Origin: an uncultured bacterium
GTDB lineage: Bacteria > Planctomycetota > UBA1135 > GCA-002686595
DNA length: 64,000 nt
Reading direction: 5' to 3'
Assembly: GCA_943787795.1 (NCBI GenBank)
Contig: CALSNU010000001.1
Coordinates: 832,001-896,000, forward strand
Each line of letters starts with the position of its first letter. Position 1 is the first letter of the stretch. Position numbers and translations under genes: made by a program. This document shows, piece after piece, positions 31,498 through 42,902 of the stretch. The notes beneath the pieces were generated by a model. It made no database searches, had not been told where the DNA came from, and saw only the letters and a list, made by a program, of their open reading frames with translations.

Positions 31498-32838
31498 TCA
31501 GAGCACCCTGCGCGGCGGGACGATCACGTTGGCGGTCAGGGTGCCTCCGACGAGGGCCGCGCCCACCAGCAGCATCTCATACACCGAGGCCACACCGCCC
31601 AGGGCGTTCTGGTCGGCGAAGGCGCTCAGCGCGCGATAGCCGATGGCGCCGGGCACCAGGACCAGCAGCCCGGGGAGCAGCGGCACGGTGGCGGGGCGGT
31701 CCTTGAGGCGGGCGTACCCATTGGAGAAGGCGGCCACGGCGAGCGCGCCGGCGAAGGCTGCGGCGGCGGAGACCTGGAGGGCGCCGTCCATGGCGTGTCC
31801 GTGGGCCGCGACCCAGGCGGTCCCCCTGGCGGCCGTGAACCCCGCGGCGCTCGAGCCGAGGATCCAGGGGAGCTCCCGGAGCCGCGCGCCGAAGAGGAGC
31901 CCGAAGCCAGTGGCCGCGACGGTCAAGAGGACGGCGAGCGCGAGGGGCGAGGACAGCCAGGGTTCTGGCTCGGGAGCGGGGAACGGGCCCGAGAGGGGGA
32001 CGAGGGTCCGGACGACGAGCCGCCCGAGGTAGGCGCCGAAGGCGATGGTCAGGAAGACCGTCATGGCGCCCGCGAGTCGGGCGGTGCCCGAGGCGAGGTT
32101 CCGCGTGGCCAGCTCCACGAGCGCCACCGTCAGGGACAGGCCGGGAACGATCACGATCACGGACGCGAGCGCGACGACGCGGTCGTCCACGGCGCCCCCG
32201 AGGAAGTGCGCCCCGAGCAAGCCGACGCCCGCCGCCAGGAAGGCAGCGAAGGGCTCGAACGTCCCGATGGTCCCCTCCTTGCGCGATGAGATGCGCTCCA
32301 GCAACCCGATCACGAGACCAACGGCGGCGGAGAGCAGCGCGTCCGCCAGGCACCCGCCAAAGAAGATGGCGGCGGCGCCGGCGGCGAGGGCGTGCCCGAT
32401 GAGGGAGGTGACGCCGCCGCCGCGGGTGGGGGCGGCGTGCAGGGCCTCCATCTGTTCGAGGGCTGCAGCGTGATCGAGTTCCCCGGCCCCGACTCCCTCG
32501 AGCACCTCGTCCATGGCCACCAGCCGCCCGAGGTCGACACCGCCGGGCTGCACGCGCAGGAGGCGGACGCCGCTGCCCGTCTGCTCTCCCTCGAAGCCGA
32601 GGAAGATCGAGGTGGGGGACGAGAATACCTGCACCTGTTGGCCGGCGTCTGCGGCGAGCTTCACGATCACCCGCTCGAGGCGGTGAGCGGGAGTGCCGTA
32701 GGCGTGAAGGAGCTCTGCCGTCCGGAGCAGAAAGCGCGTGAGCGCTGGCTCGCCGGACGTGGGCGCCTGGGCGTCTGCAGCCGGTACGTTCGGCGCCTTG
32801 GGGTCAGACGAAGGGTGGTCCACGCCGGGAGTGTGCAC
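31498..32838 (-). CDS. Threonine/serine exporter family (ThrE)
   Basis: YGTPAHRLE, PTSI, VPGLSLT..L.EL..RNL.SG..RL, LVPG; about 10 TM. Confidence 0.85.
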   Translation of the reverse strand: MHTPGVDHPSSDPKAPNVPAADAQAPTSGEPALTRFLLRTAELLHAYGTPAHRLERVIVKLAADAGQQVQVFSSPTSIFLGFEGEQTGSGVRLLRVQPGGVDLGRLVAMDEVLEGVGAGELDHAAALEQMEALHAAPTRGGGVTSLIGHALAAGAAAIFFGGCLADALLSAAVGLVIGLLERISSRKEGTIGTFEPFAAFLAAGVGLLGAHFLGGAVDDRVVALASVIVIVPGLSLTVALVELATRNLASGTARLAGAMTVFLTIAFGAYLGRLVVRTLVPLSGPFPAPEPEPWLSSPLALAVLLTVAATGFGLLFGARLRELPWILGSSAAGFTAARGTAWVAAHGHAMDGALQVSAAAAFAGALAVAAFSNGYARLKDRPATVPLLPGLLVLVPGAIGYRALSAFADQNALGGVASVYEMLLVGAALVGGTLTANVIVPPRRVL

Positions 32839-33012
32839 CCGTGCGTCGCCTGGGCAAGGGCGTCCGAGGGGAATCGGCGCCAGAGGGCCGGCCCAGGCTG
32901 GACGCGGCCCCTCCCTTCCGCTCAGTCGACGCCTGCCGGAAAGGCGTTGGAGCAGATCAAGGCCTGGGCCCAGAGGGCGTTGGAGCGACTGCTCGTGCCC
33001 ACGGGCGACCGG

Positions 33013-35428
33013 TCACTGGAACGTGACCGCGACCGCGTCCGTGAAGTTCGAGTTCAGCGGCGGGACGTCTCGGTGCCAGAGCTGGAAGTGCCATGTCTCG
33101 CCCGCCTGGACGGTGACGGCGCCGGTGGGCTGAGGCATGGCGGAGAGGTCCACGGCCCCGATCATGGTGCCGGTCGTGCCCGCGGAGAGGACGCCGCCGC
33201 CCACGCCGCGGCCGATGCTTCCGAGCACGCAGAGGGTCCCGGCGCTCCCCGGGACGGGGGAGAGGACCCCCGAGGTCGTCGAGGCGAGGAAGTAGCCCAG
33301 GGAACCCTGGGGGAGGTCGCGCGCGCTGACCTTGAAGTCGTTCGTGGCCACGTCGACGCTGCCGAGGATGGAGACCGCGCCGGGGACGCCCGTGGAGTTC
33401 GGGACCGCAGGGGCGCAGTAGGTGCTGCCGATCGCCTCGCAGCGGTCGACGATGCCGTTGCTATCGAGGTCCACGGTGGCGCCGAAGTTGCCGGCGTCGC
33501 AGGCGTTGCCGCTCCAGAAGAGCTGCGCCAGGTCATGGGCCTCTTCACCGATCTCCTGGCCCATCTGCCGGCCGGGGAGGTCGTCCGCGGGGGGGTGGAT
33601 GCCGCCCCAGATGCGTGAGAGGGAGCACTGGTCGGAGGCGTCGTAGTAGGACGCCCACTGCAGCCGCACGTCGACGCTGGGGCCCTGTTCGAAGACGAGG
33701 AACTGGTCCTGGGGGCAGACGTACTCGCCGAGCCCGTCGGGGAAGTAAGGCGAGCCGGTGAGGCGGTCCATCATCACCGCGGCGGCGCGGCTGTAGGTGC
33801 TGTGGCCGGAGACGTAGCCGGCGAAGGGCGGCGTCACGAACGACGGTCGCTGATAGGGCCACCAGTTCTCCGCAAGGATCCAGCCGACGCCCGCCTGGTC
33901 CACGAGGGGGTCGGTGATGTACTCGGGGCCGCGCCACGCGAGCACGGCGATCTTGCCCTCCTCCCCGGCGAGGTTCTCGTGGCGTTGGCCTGTCGCCGTC
34001 GTGGCGGCGGTCACCACCTCGACGTAGCCGGGGTGCAGGTTGATCCCGTCGGGGTGGTAGCTCGGCTGCTGGGGGTCCGAGCGCTGTCCGAGGCCCGCCA
34101 GGTAGCGCAGGGCGCTGACGGGACGCGGGTAGTCGTACCAGCCCTTCACGCCCCAGGCGGAGATGGCGGCGTCTTGCATGGCCCCGCCCATGGCGAGGTA
34201 GGTCTTCACGCACCACTCGAGGTCGTTGAGCACGGGGCCGGAGCCGCCCAGCTGCTTGACGAAGGAGGGGTGATCGGAGACGTCGTTGAGGATCACGAAC
34301 CAGTGTCCCGGGGGCGTCTCGGACTCCGGGGCCGTCGGCCCAGAACTCGGCGAGCACGCGGGAGTAGTCGCCGCGGGGCACCATTTGGGGCGCGTAGGGC
34401 TGACCGGTCACGGGGTTCGATGCGTAGCCGGCGCCCCAGTCCCCGCCGTCAAAGTAGTCGTAGTACTGGTCGGCCTGGGATGCCGCCGCGAGCGGGGCGT
34501 TCCCGACCCCTGCAGGGGAGACGTCCACCATCACGCCGTCCGACGGGTCGAGGTGCGCGGACCATACGCTGACCATCTCGAAGCCGTTTCGATAGCGGTC
34601 CAGCGCGTCGTCAATGAGGGGCGGCGCGCCGGGGTCCTTGAAGACCCAGTAGTTGAAGCCGTCGCGCTGGTAGACCGTGCGGTCAGACTCAGCCAGGGAC
34701 CAGCCGGGCACGATGCCCCACTCGGGCGAGATGAAGTCGGGGTAGCCGAAGGCGATGACGTTGCCGGACTGATCGATGAAGAACTGCAGGCTCAAGGGCT
34801 GCCAGCGATTCGGATCCGTGAACGTCGGGTTCCCGGGGAGCTCGACCACGAGGGCGTCGTTCACCGGGAGGTAGAAGCGGTTGGCGAAGTCGTTCCGCTC
34901 GTTCGAGTTGTCGTTGTCGCCATAGGTGAGCACCGCGGCCGCGATCCGGTTGCCGATGGCGGAGGGGGAGTTGCCGACGGTGGAGGCGTTCGTGGGGTCA
35001 AACCCCTGGGCGATCATGACCGCGTCGTACTGCGGGAGCATGACCGGCGCGCCGGGCGAGTTGGCGAAGCGTGTCTTGAGGATGCGGTACGACGCGTAGC
35101 AGAGGGCCTCGCTGCGCAGCTGATCGACGTTGGGGGCGGTGGTCGCGTGGTCTTCCTGAAAGAGCACAGTGTTCGCCGTGGCGTCGTAGGTCGCCCAGGC
35201 GTCCCACATGGCGATGGAGACGTGGTAGAGGTTTCGGGCGTGAATGGTGGGCCGGGCCAGGTCGTTGCGGATCGACTCGAGCAGCACCTCGTTCCACTCG
35301 CGAGCAGCAGAGGGTTGGCCACCAGCCTGGGGAAGCGCCGGGGCCGGCTGCTGCAGGACGCAGAGGGCCACGGCGGAGTAGAGGGCGCCCGCCAGCATGG
35401 CGCGGAGGTCAGAGACTGCGGAGTTCAT
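33013..35428 (-). CDS. Secreted vanadium-dependent haloperoxidase/PAP2-like protein with shared C-terminal domain, +1 frameshift at G4 34328-34331
   Basis: Repaired WADGPESETPPGHW; KGWYDYPRP, TPPFAGYVSGHS, SRIWGGIH. Confidence 0.82.
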
Positions 35429-35945
35429 GTGGGATCGGGGGTCGCGCTGATGCTCGGCGGGGCTGGCCGGGCATGCGGCGTGACGATGCGGCGGTGGGTG
35501 GACGGTCCTGGGGGGGCAGCGGGGCCGGTGAAGCCGAACCGCAGCGGCGCGGCTCCGTTAGGCAGGGGGTGTCTCATCCCTCGCCCTCCCGACTAATAGT
35601 CCGCTACCTCGCCCTATGAAGCGGGGCCATTTGCAGTTCCGCGAGGCCGCGACCCATTGTCGTGCGTCAGATCGGGAGGGGAGGCGAGGTCGGGCCAGAC
35701 ATGGATCGACTGGCGCGCCCCACGGAGCGCCCCACGGAGCGCCGGCACACGGCCCTTGAGGCCAGCTGCTTCTCCGGGCGGGGCCTTCTTTTTTGGCGGT
35801 AAGGGGTAACCCCAGGGAGGCCCCCAGCCTCCTGACCCGGTGCCCACGCCCGTGCTCCCCCTCGCGCTCTCGCGGCTCGTCGCACACGCCTTCGTCGGGT
35901 GGCCTCAGCGCCGAGCGACCCCATCTCTATCACCTCCCCCTCGCC

Positions 35946-37223
35946 GTGCCCCTGCTCTCCCCCGTCCTTCGTCTCGCCATCGCCGCCCTCTGTCTCCTCC
36001 CAGCTTCGAGCCAGCAGCTGCTGAATCGGACCATTGATGTCCAGGGGGTCGCCCGCACCTACCTGCTCTACGTCCCGGCGACGTACTCGCCGGCGGAGCC
36101 GGCGCCGCTGCTCTTCAATTTCCACGGTGGGGCCATGACCTCCCAGGAGATGCTGCAGCTCGCCGATATGCGGCCTCAGGCCGAGGCCGACTCGTTCCTG
36201 CTGGTCTACCCCCAGGGGCTCCCCGAGGCCGGCGGCGGGCCGATCTGGAACAGCGAGGGGCCCTTCTCCAACGGCGTGGACGAGATGGCCTTTGCGGTGG
36301 CCATGATCGATGAGTTGGCGCAGACGTACTCCGTGGACCAGCGCCGCGTCTACGCCTGCGGCTACTCCAACGGCGGCAACCTCGTCTGGGACCTGGCGTG
36401 CCTGCTCAGCGATCGGTTCGCCGCCGTGTCGGCGGTGGCGGGGAACATGTTCGAGTGGACCTACACATCCTGTGCACCCAACTCGCCCACGGCCGTGCTG
36501 GCGATCCACGGGACCGCAGACACGACCTACAACCTCTACAACGGCCTGCCGCCGTTCACGATCTCCCTCCCGCAGGCCAACGCATACTGGGTGGGGATCA
36601 ACGGTGCTCGACCGACCCCGGACGTCTCGCAGATCGGGGCCGCCACGGAGCGGTTCGTCTGGCCCGCGGAGAGTGGTTGCTTCACGGTCGAGCACTACAA
36701 GATCAACGGTGGGGGACATGACTGGCCGGGCGCCTTCGGCTTGGCCTCGGACTTCAGCGCCAACCAGGTCATCTGGGACTACGTCTCTCAGTTCGATCTC
36801 GACGGGCTGATCGCCTGCGGGTCCCCGTCGGCTTACTGCCCGGTGGTCCCCAATTCGTCCGGACTGGGGGCTTCCATGGGTTGGAGCGGCAGCACGAGCG
36901 TCGCCTCCAATGACCTGGTGCTCGAGGTCACGTCCGCTCCGGCGAACACCGTGGGGATCTTCTTCTACGGCCCGGATCAGGTGCAGGTCGGGCTGGGGAA
37001 CGGCATTCGCTGCGTGGGCGGTGCGGTGCGCCGGCTCCCGGTGGTGGGCGCCTCCGCCTCTGGCACCGTCAGTTTTCCCATCGATCTCATGAGCTCCACC
37101 CTTCCCACCGGTGCGATCACGGCGGGGGAGACCTGGAACTTCCAGTACTGGTTCCGTGACGTGCAGGGCTTCCCCTTCCGCTTCAACCTCTCCAACGGCC
37201 TGAGGGTTCCGTTCACTCCCTGA
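35946..37223 (+). CDS. Secreted PHB-depolymerase/LpqC-like esterase with shared C-terminal domain
   Basis: RTYLLYVP, FHGG, VYPQG, GYSNGG (nucleophile), IHGTAD, GGGHDWPG. Confidence 0.85.
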   Translation: MPLLSPVLRLAIAALCLLPASSQQLLNRTIDVQGVARTYLLYVPATYSPAEPAPLLFNFHGGAMTSQEMLQLADMRPQAEADSFLLVYPQGLPEAGGGPIWNSEGPFSNGVDEMAFAVAMIDELAQTYSVDQRRVYACGYSNGGNLVWDLACLLSDRFAAVSAVAGNMFEWTYTSCAPNSPTAVLAIHGTADTTYNLYNGLPPFTISLPQANAYWVGINGARPTPDVSQIGAATERFVWPAESGCFTVEHYKINGGGHDWPGAFGLASDFSANQVIWDYVSQFDLDGLIACGSPSAYCPVVPNSSGLGASMGWSGSTSVASNDLVLEVTSAPANTVGIFFYGPDQVQVGLGNGIRCVGGAVRRLPVVGASASGTVSFPIDLMSSTLPTGAITAGETWNFQYWFRDVQGFPFRFNLSNGLRVPFTP

Positions 37224-37341
37224 TCGAGGTGGGGCCGTGGGGAGGTGCGGCTGTTGAGGCACGGAAGGCAGGGAGCGCATACTCTGGTGACCCACCGTGC
37301 GCCGCTCTTCAGCGCGCTCGGACCACCTGATCGCACCTCCC

Positions 37342-38124
37342 ATGAATGCACCCAGGACCCACCTCGTGCTCAGCTCGTTCCTCGCGGCAGCCGCGGGCGC
37401 AGCTGCAGTGATCTTCCTGGCGCCCAGTCCGGAGGTGGGCGCCGCCCCGGCCCCGGTGGCACGGGCGCCCCTTGCTGGGGCTTCGGGGAGCGCCCGCTCC
37501 GATGAGCCAGACATCGAGCTGCAGATGCGGGTCGGGAAGCTGGAGGCAGAGCTGGCCGCCATGCGCGCGCAGCTTGGCCGGCTCTCCAGCGCTCGAGTCC
37601 CGATGACCGCGGACGCCGCCTCGGGGGAGGACACGGGTCAGGCGCTGCTGAGCATCGGGTCCGGCGATGAGGCTGTTCTGCTCGAGGAGGTCAGCAAGGC
37701 GATGGCCAAGATCGACGAGCAGAAGGCGGCGGCTGCTCGCGAGGTGGAGATGGAGAGGCGGAAGGGTGAGGAGACCAAGGCCTACGGGGAGTACGAAGAG
37801 GTCCAGGCCAACCTGAAGGAGCGCGTCGCGAAGCTCTCGGAGTCCATGCCCATGGGCAGCGCGGATCGGCGGGAGGTCGAGGGGCTCATGGATCTTCAGG
37901 TCGAGCGTATGCGGGACCTGACCCGCGACTGGGCGAGCGGAGACTTCACCGACGAGGAGGTCGGGGAGCGCTTCATGGCCGAGCGTCGTCAGCACAGGCA
38001 GGCGGCCGTGGCGCTCCTCGGGCAGGAGCGCATCGGGGCCTACAAGAAGTTCATCCAGGACGGCGGCCTCGGCGGCCGCTACTCTTTCTACCTCGCGCCC
38101 TGGGAGAGCTGGGCCGAGGACTAG
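37342..38124 (+). CDS. Hypothetical membrane-anchored coiled-coil protein
   Basis: N-terminal hydrophobic anchor and helical charged body. Confidence 0.6.
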   Translation: MNAPRTHLVLSSFLAAAAGAAAVIFLAPSPEVGAAPAPVARAPLAGASGSARSDEPDIELQMRVGKLEAELAAMRAQLGRLSSARVPMTADAASGEDTGQALLSIGSGDEAVLLEEVSKAMAKIDEQKAAAAREVEMERRKGEETKAYGEYEEVQANLKERVAKLSESMPMGSADRREVEGLMDLQVERMRDLTRDWASGDFTDEEVGERFMAERRQHRQAAVALLGQERIGAYKKFIQDGGLGGRYSFYLAPWESWAED

Positions 38125-38753
38125 GTCGAGAGCAAGCCCGGGGGTCATCACGACGGGGGCGTGTGCGCTCGTTCGTCAGGCGTAGATCCGTCACGGGACC
38201 GGGCTACGGCGACGAGCTTGATCGTCCCTCGGTGTTGGAATCCGACAAGCGACCCTCAACCCACGTCCACCGCCTCGACCCGTGAGCCATCTCTGAGCGA
38301 CCCTGACCGTGGTCGCGCACCTCGGCCTCGTGGGCGCCGTCCATCCGCCCCTGGCCGCTGGTTCGACGACGGGAGCGTCGGGGCTGCTCTGGCCCTCACA
38401 GTGATCGCCATGTGGATCCGGCTCGCGCCCTTCAAGCGGGCGGGCTCCGCGGAGGGTCGGCGAGCCTGGAGAGGGCTCTTCACTTCCATGGGCTACGCCG
38501 CGGTCCACGCGGGCCTGCTCGTCACCACGGTCAGCGTAGACCGCTTTGCCATCTTCGATGACTGGTACTTCGCCACGGTCGGTGCGTGCCTTCCGGTGTT
38601 CGCCATCCTCTTCCTCTCCGCCCGTGACCCCGGCGGAAGCCGGGCGGTCGGCCGCGTGGCGCTCCCCCTCTGATACTCCATGGTCAGCCTCATCCATCTT
38701 TGGGCGGTGAACCAGGCCGCTCTCAGCGCCTGACTCTCCCTCGTCCGGGCGCT

Positions 38754-40758
38754 TCACTCCCAGGGGACCCGGGTCTCCGGGCCGGTGACCCTTCGATCCA
38801 CGAGCGGGTCTGACGAGTTGCTGATGCTGGAGGTGACGAAGATGCTCTCGATGGAGTCGTTGACAAGGAACGTGTGCCGTAGGCCCGTGTGATCGCGCGT
38901 CGCGTGGTAGGTCCGTGAGCCGGCGCGGCCCCAGACGGCCGGGGGATCGCCCAGGTAGTCCTTGCCGGTCTCTAGGACGACGGTGTGCCCGTACAGGTCG
39001 AGGTCGAGGGAGGGGCGGCCGAGGTCGACCGTTCCGCCGGCGGGGAGGAGGATGTCCCAGGACGCGGCCTCGCCCTGGCCCCAGACGCTCAGCACCACGT
39101 GGACGGAGCCCGATGCGAAGGGGCCGTGCTCGGGGCCGTTGCGGACGCTGGAGTACTCGCGGCCCTGGCGCAGGGCCTCGCCCTCGAGGCCCTGGGGGGA
39201 GACCTCGAGCATGAAGTGGTTCAGGAACCCCTCGGGGAGCGCCGTCGCGTCGAGGGTCAGCATGCCGGTGCCGGACACCACGAACTCCACGCCCTCTGTC
39301 CCGGCCGGGACGACCTTGATGGTGCCTGGCCCGCCGGAGAGGACGAAGACCTCGGAGTCCAGGGACAGCCAGAGCTCGCCGGGGGGCAAGGCGGCGCGAT
39401 GTTCGAAGGTGCCGTCCTCGGCGGAGGTGACCTTGGTGACGTAGCGCTCCCAGCCCTCGGGGTCGGTGGCATTGAACTCGACCTCGACCGTGGTGGAGAC
39501 GCCGCGGCCCGTCGAGTCCACGATGGTCCCGCTGACCACCACTGGCAGCGAGCCGAGGCGCACGTCTCCGAGGTCGACCACGGGCTTCGCCGGGTCGATG
39601 GTCACCCTCTGGTCGAACACTCGCGCGGGGTCCTCCTTCAGGCGGAGCCGCAGCTGAGCGTTGATGGGGTAGGGGGCGCTCAACCACGCGGCCACGTGAT
39701 CGAAGGTGCCGCCGGGGCCGAGCTCAAGGGTCCCCATGGGGCGGAACCTGCCGGGGGTGAGGGTGGAGCTGCGGGTGGTCTTGCCCAGCATCCCGACCTC
39801 CACGGTCCCCTCGGTAAGCCCGAGCACCCGCCCGGTGATGCGCGGCCCGCCGCCCGCGATCTCGAGGACCGCGTCGACGACCTCACCCTCCCGGGTCGGG
39901 CCGTCGAAGGCTCACCTTGCCGAGGTCGTTGCCCGTCTTCGACCTCACCTGCGCCTCGAGCTTGCGTCCGACGCCCACCGGGCCGAGGAGGAGCGTCGTC
40001 TCCGGGGCGCCCGCCTCCATGGGGGCGCTGAGGTAGGTCGCGCTCATGAGGGACCGCCAGCCCTCGGTGAGGAGCACCTCGAAGCCGCCGGGGAGGTCCC
40101 CCGTCTTGGCCCGGACCGTGACCCGCGCCATCCCCGCGGCGGGCTGCACGAGGGTGACCTCGACCGGCGGTGAGGTCGCTCCGGGCTCGACCGTGACGCC
40201 AAGGGGCTCCAGCCCGGCCTCGCGCCGGTCGGCGGGGAAGCCGAAGAGCCCCACCGGCACCAGCCGGAACGCGAACTCTCCGGTGCGCATGTTCTCGGGG
40301 GTCAGCTGCTCGGAACCCTCGGAGGGGTCCGGGAAGAAGAGCTCCCCTGCGGCGCCCGACGGCCCCGCCTCGGCGACCTTCCCGCTGACCACCGTGCCGT
40401 CCGGGTAGACGCTGTCCACGAGGAGCCGGACCGTGGCCCCTGGGATGGGCGCCCCCGCGGGGTCGAGGACGGTCACCTGCCAGCCAGCGCGCTCGTCCTC
40501 TGCGATCGCTGCTCCAGGCGCCGCCTCGGTTGCTGGAGCCTCCGCCGCCTCGTTCGCCTCCCGGGTCGCCGCGATGGTGCGGACCTCGGCGAGGTCGGCC
40601 TCGCCGCCCGAGGGGGGCGCCTCTCCCGGCTCGATGGTGCGTCCCGCAGCGGGCTCGAAGGCCTGCCAGTCGGGGGACTGCTGTACGAGGACGACGACGA
40701 CGAGGACAGCGGCCGCGAGGCTCAGGAGGCGGAGGAGTGAGCGTGAGGGGGGGCGCAT
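38754..40758 (-). CDS. Membrane-anchored protein with carboxypeptidase-regulatory-like (prealbumin-fold) repeats, +1 frameshift near 39910
   Basis: VTVLDPAGAPIPGATV, ITGRVL, VSGTIVDSTGRGV, SAEDGTF. Removing one base joins ORFs 39883..40758 and 38754..39827. Confidence 0.6.
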
Positions 40759-40880
40759 GGTGGAGGTGGCGTGGCGGCCTCTAAGGCTTTGCCGTGTAGA
40801 GCTTCTAGCCGGGGACGTCGGTCGGGTGCAAGGGCAGAGCCGGGAACGCGAGCCCTGGACGCCCCCGGATCACCTGGGCG

Positions 40881-42849
40881 TCACCGGTTCACGACGAAGT
40901 GGACGATCCGGGCGGCGTGCCCCCGGCTGCGCTCGTTCCGGGCCTCGGCGATCCGAAGGTCGATGCGGTGTGGGCCGGGCTCGAGCTCGGCCGAGAGCAC
41001 GTGGACCCAGGGCAGGTGCAGGCCGCCGCTCCAGCGCGTGAACAGGTCCCGTTGCATCCACGGCCCACCGTCGACTCGATAGTCGAGGGTCCCCGCGTCC
41101 GGCCCGGCGGCCACCCAGACGCCGACGGCGCGTCCGTCGAAGGGGAGCGAGAGCGCGGCGCCCGGCTCGGCGCCCACGAGCATAGGGACCCCGTGAAACC
41201 CCGCGCGGACCCCGCCGCCGACCCCGTCCGCACGCGGGTCGCAGCGCTCTACCCGCTCGAAGCCGGAGAGGGCCTCGGCCTGGCCTAGCTCGATGAGCTC
41301 GCCGCCGTCGTAGCTGTTGGGTCGAGGCGCGCGGGCAGGTCGCGCGCGGGCGCGCCCTCCGCGACGGGCCCGGCCCACGCGGTCGAGAGCAGGCGCCGCA
41401 CGGACGCCGCGTAGAGCCGCTGGCCGAAGGGGGAGGGGTGCAGGTCCCTGAAGTCGTCCTTCCAGGTGAACTGCCCGGCATCGATGCGCTCGGTGACCTC
41501 GCGGGCGAGGTCCAGCGAAGGGAGCCCGTACGCCTCGGCCACCTCCTCGTGCCGCTCGATGACCACGGGCGTCCTCCCGCTCCGCAGCGTCCTCATCTTG
41601 GCCGGGTCGACGAAGTGCATGAGCACCACGTCCACGTCCGGGTTGAGGGTCCGCGCGTGTCGCACGATGCCCTCCTCACCGCGGGTCATCTCCTCGGGGC
41701 TGCGCCCGTTGGTGGAGTCGTTCACCGCGGCCTCCTGGAAGAGCAGGTCCACGGGGCCGCCGCTGAACACATCGCGCGCCAGCCGGAACGCGCCGGGGGT
41801 GCTCCCCATGGAGGGGATGCCCGCCGCGATGAACTCGAACTCGGTGCCGGGGAAGCGCGCCTCGGAGGTAGGCGCAGACCTGGTCCCGCCAGCCGGGGTT
41901 GTGGGTGATGGAGCCGCCGAGGAAGGCGACCCGGCCCCGGCCCGTCCCCTCGAAGCGGGCGCGGCTGCGGTCGAGGCCGTCCCCGGAGCGTCGAAGAGCC
42001 GCGACGGCCCGGGGCGCCGCCAGCGTGACGCTCCATGAAGTCCGCGGCGCGCAGCGGGTCGGGGTGGGTGAAGTGGTGCCCGCCTGAGGCGGCCGTGCCC
42101 TCGGGGACCTCCATCACCTCGATGGCTCCGCCGAGCTCCCGGAACCGCTCGGCCACCACGAAGGTGTTCTCCTTCGGCGGCACGATCTCGTCGTTGAGGC
42201 TGACGATGGAGAGGATCGGGATGCCGGCGGCGGCGATGGGCTCGAGGAGCTCGATCGGGTTGAGCGCGTAGGCGCGCGCCTCCTCTTCGGTGAGCTCGAG
42301 CTCCTCGAGCAGGTGCGCCCACGTCGGGGCGTGCCCGCGGCCGGCGCCCTCGCCCAGGGGCCAGCTCCGGATGTCGCAGACGGCGGTGTCCGTGTACAGG
42401 CAGGCCACGCGCTCGGGGTGCAGGGACGCCCAGTGGTAGACGAAGAGGCCGCCGCGGCTCACCCCCTCGAGGGCCGGCCGCGCCGCGAGCCCGTGGTCCG
42501 CTGCGGAGGACCTCGTAGAAGCGATCCCAGATCGCCATGGCCTTCGGCCCGCCGAGCATCCCGCCCGTGTCCACGTGGGCGATGTGGAACCCGCGCTCCA
42601 GCAGGATGCGGTCCGGTCCTGCGTGGAAGTCGGGGAAGCGTGCGCGCCACACCCACGGGCGGCCGGGGGCCGGGTTCGTCGGCACGACGAGCCGCGCCCG
42701 CTTCCCGGCCACCTCGAAGTCGAGGCGCTCGTGGCCATGCCAGCGAGGGGGGCCGCGACTCCTGCTCCTGGCCCAGGAGCAGAGCCGCGGGCACTGGCGG
42801 GGGAGGGGGCGAGTACGAGCAGGGCGGCGATCAGCAGCGGGGGCACCAT
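40881..42849 (-). CDS. Alpha/beta hydrolase + SGNH/GDSL hydrolase fusion, broken by at least 5 frameshifts
   Basis: Pieces in alternating frames: WVWRARF, LEGVSRGG, GGHH; VAFLGGSIT, AGIPSMGS, EAAVND, DLHPSPFG. Confidence 0.7.
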
Positions 42850-42902
42850 GGGTCCGAGCATAGGCGCCCGGGCCCCGTGGCCCCGTGATTCCCCGCGCCG
42901 GA

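Noticed and set aside
35430..35945. Structured ncRNA or riboswitch between the divergent haloperoxidase and esterase genes
   Set aside because: A short inverted repeat (CCCTCCCGA/TCGGGAGGG) and a T run are present, but no known RNA motif is recognisable; an Rfam search is needed.
38161..38673. 170-aa membrane protein ORF
   Set aside because: Only the C-terminal half looks protein-like and the start cannot be defined; possibly a frameshifted small gene.
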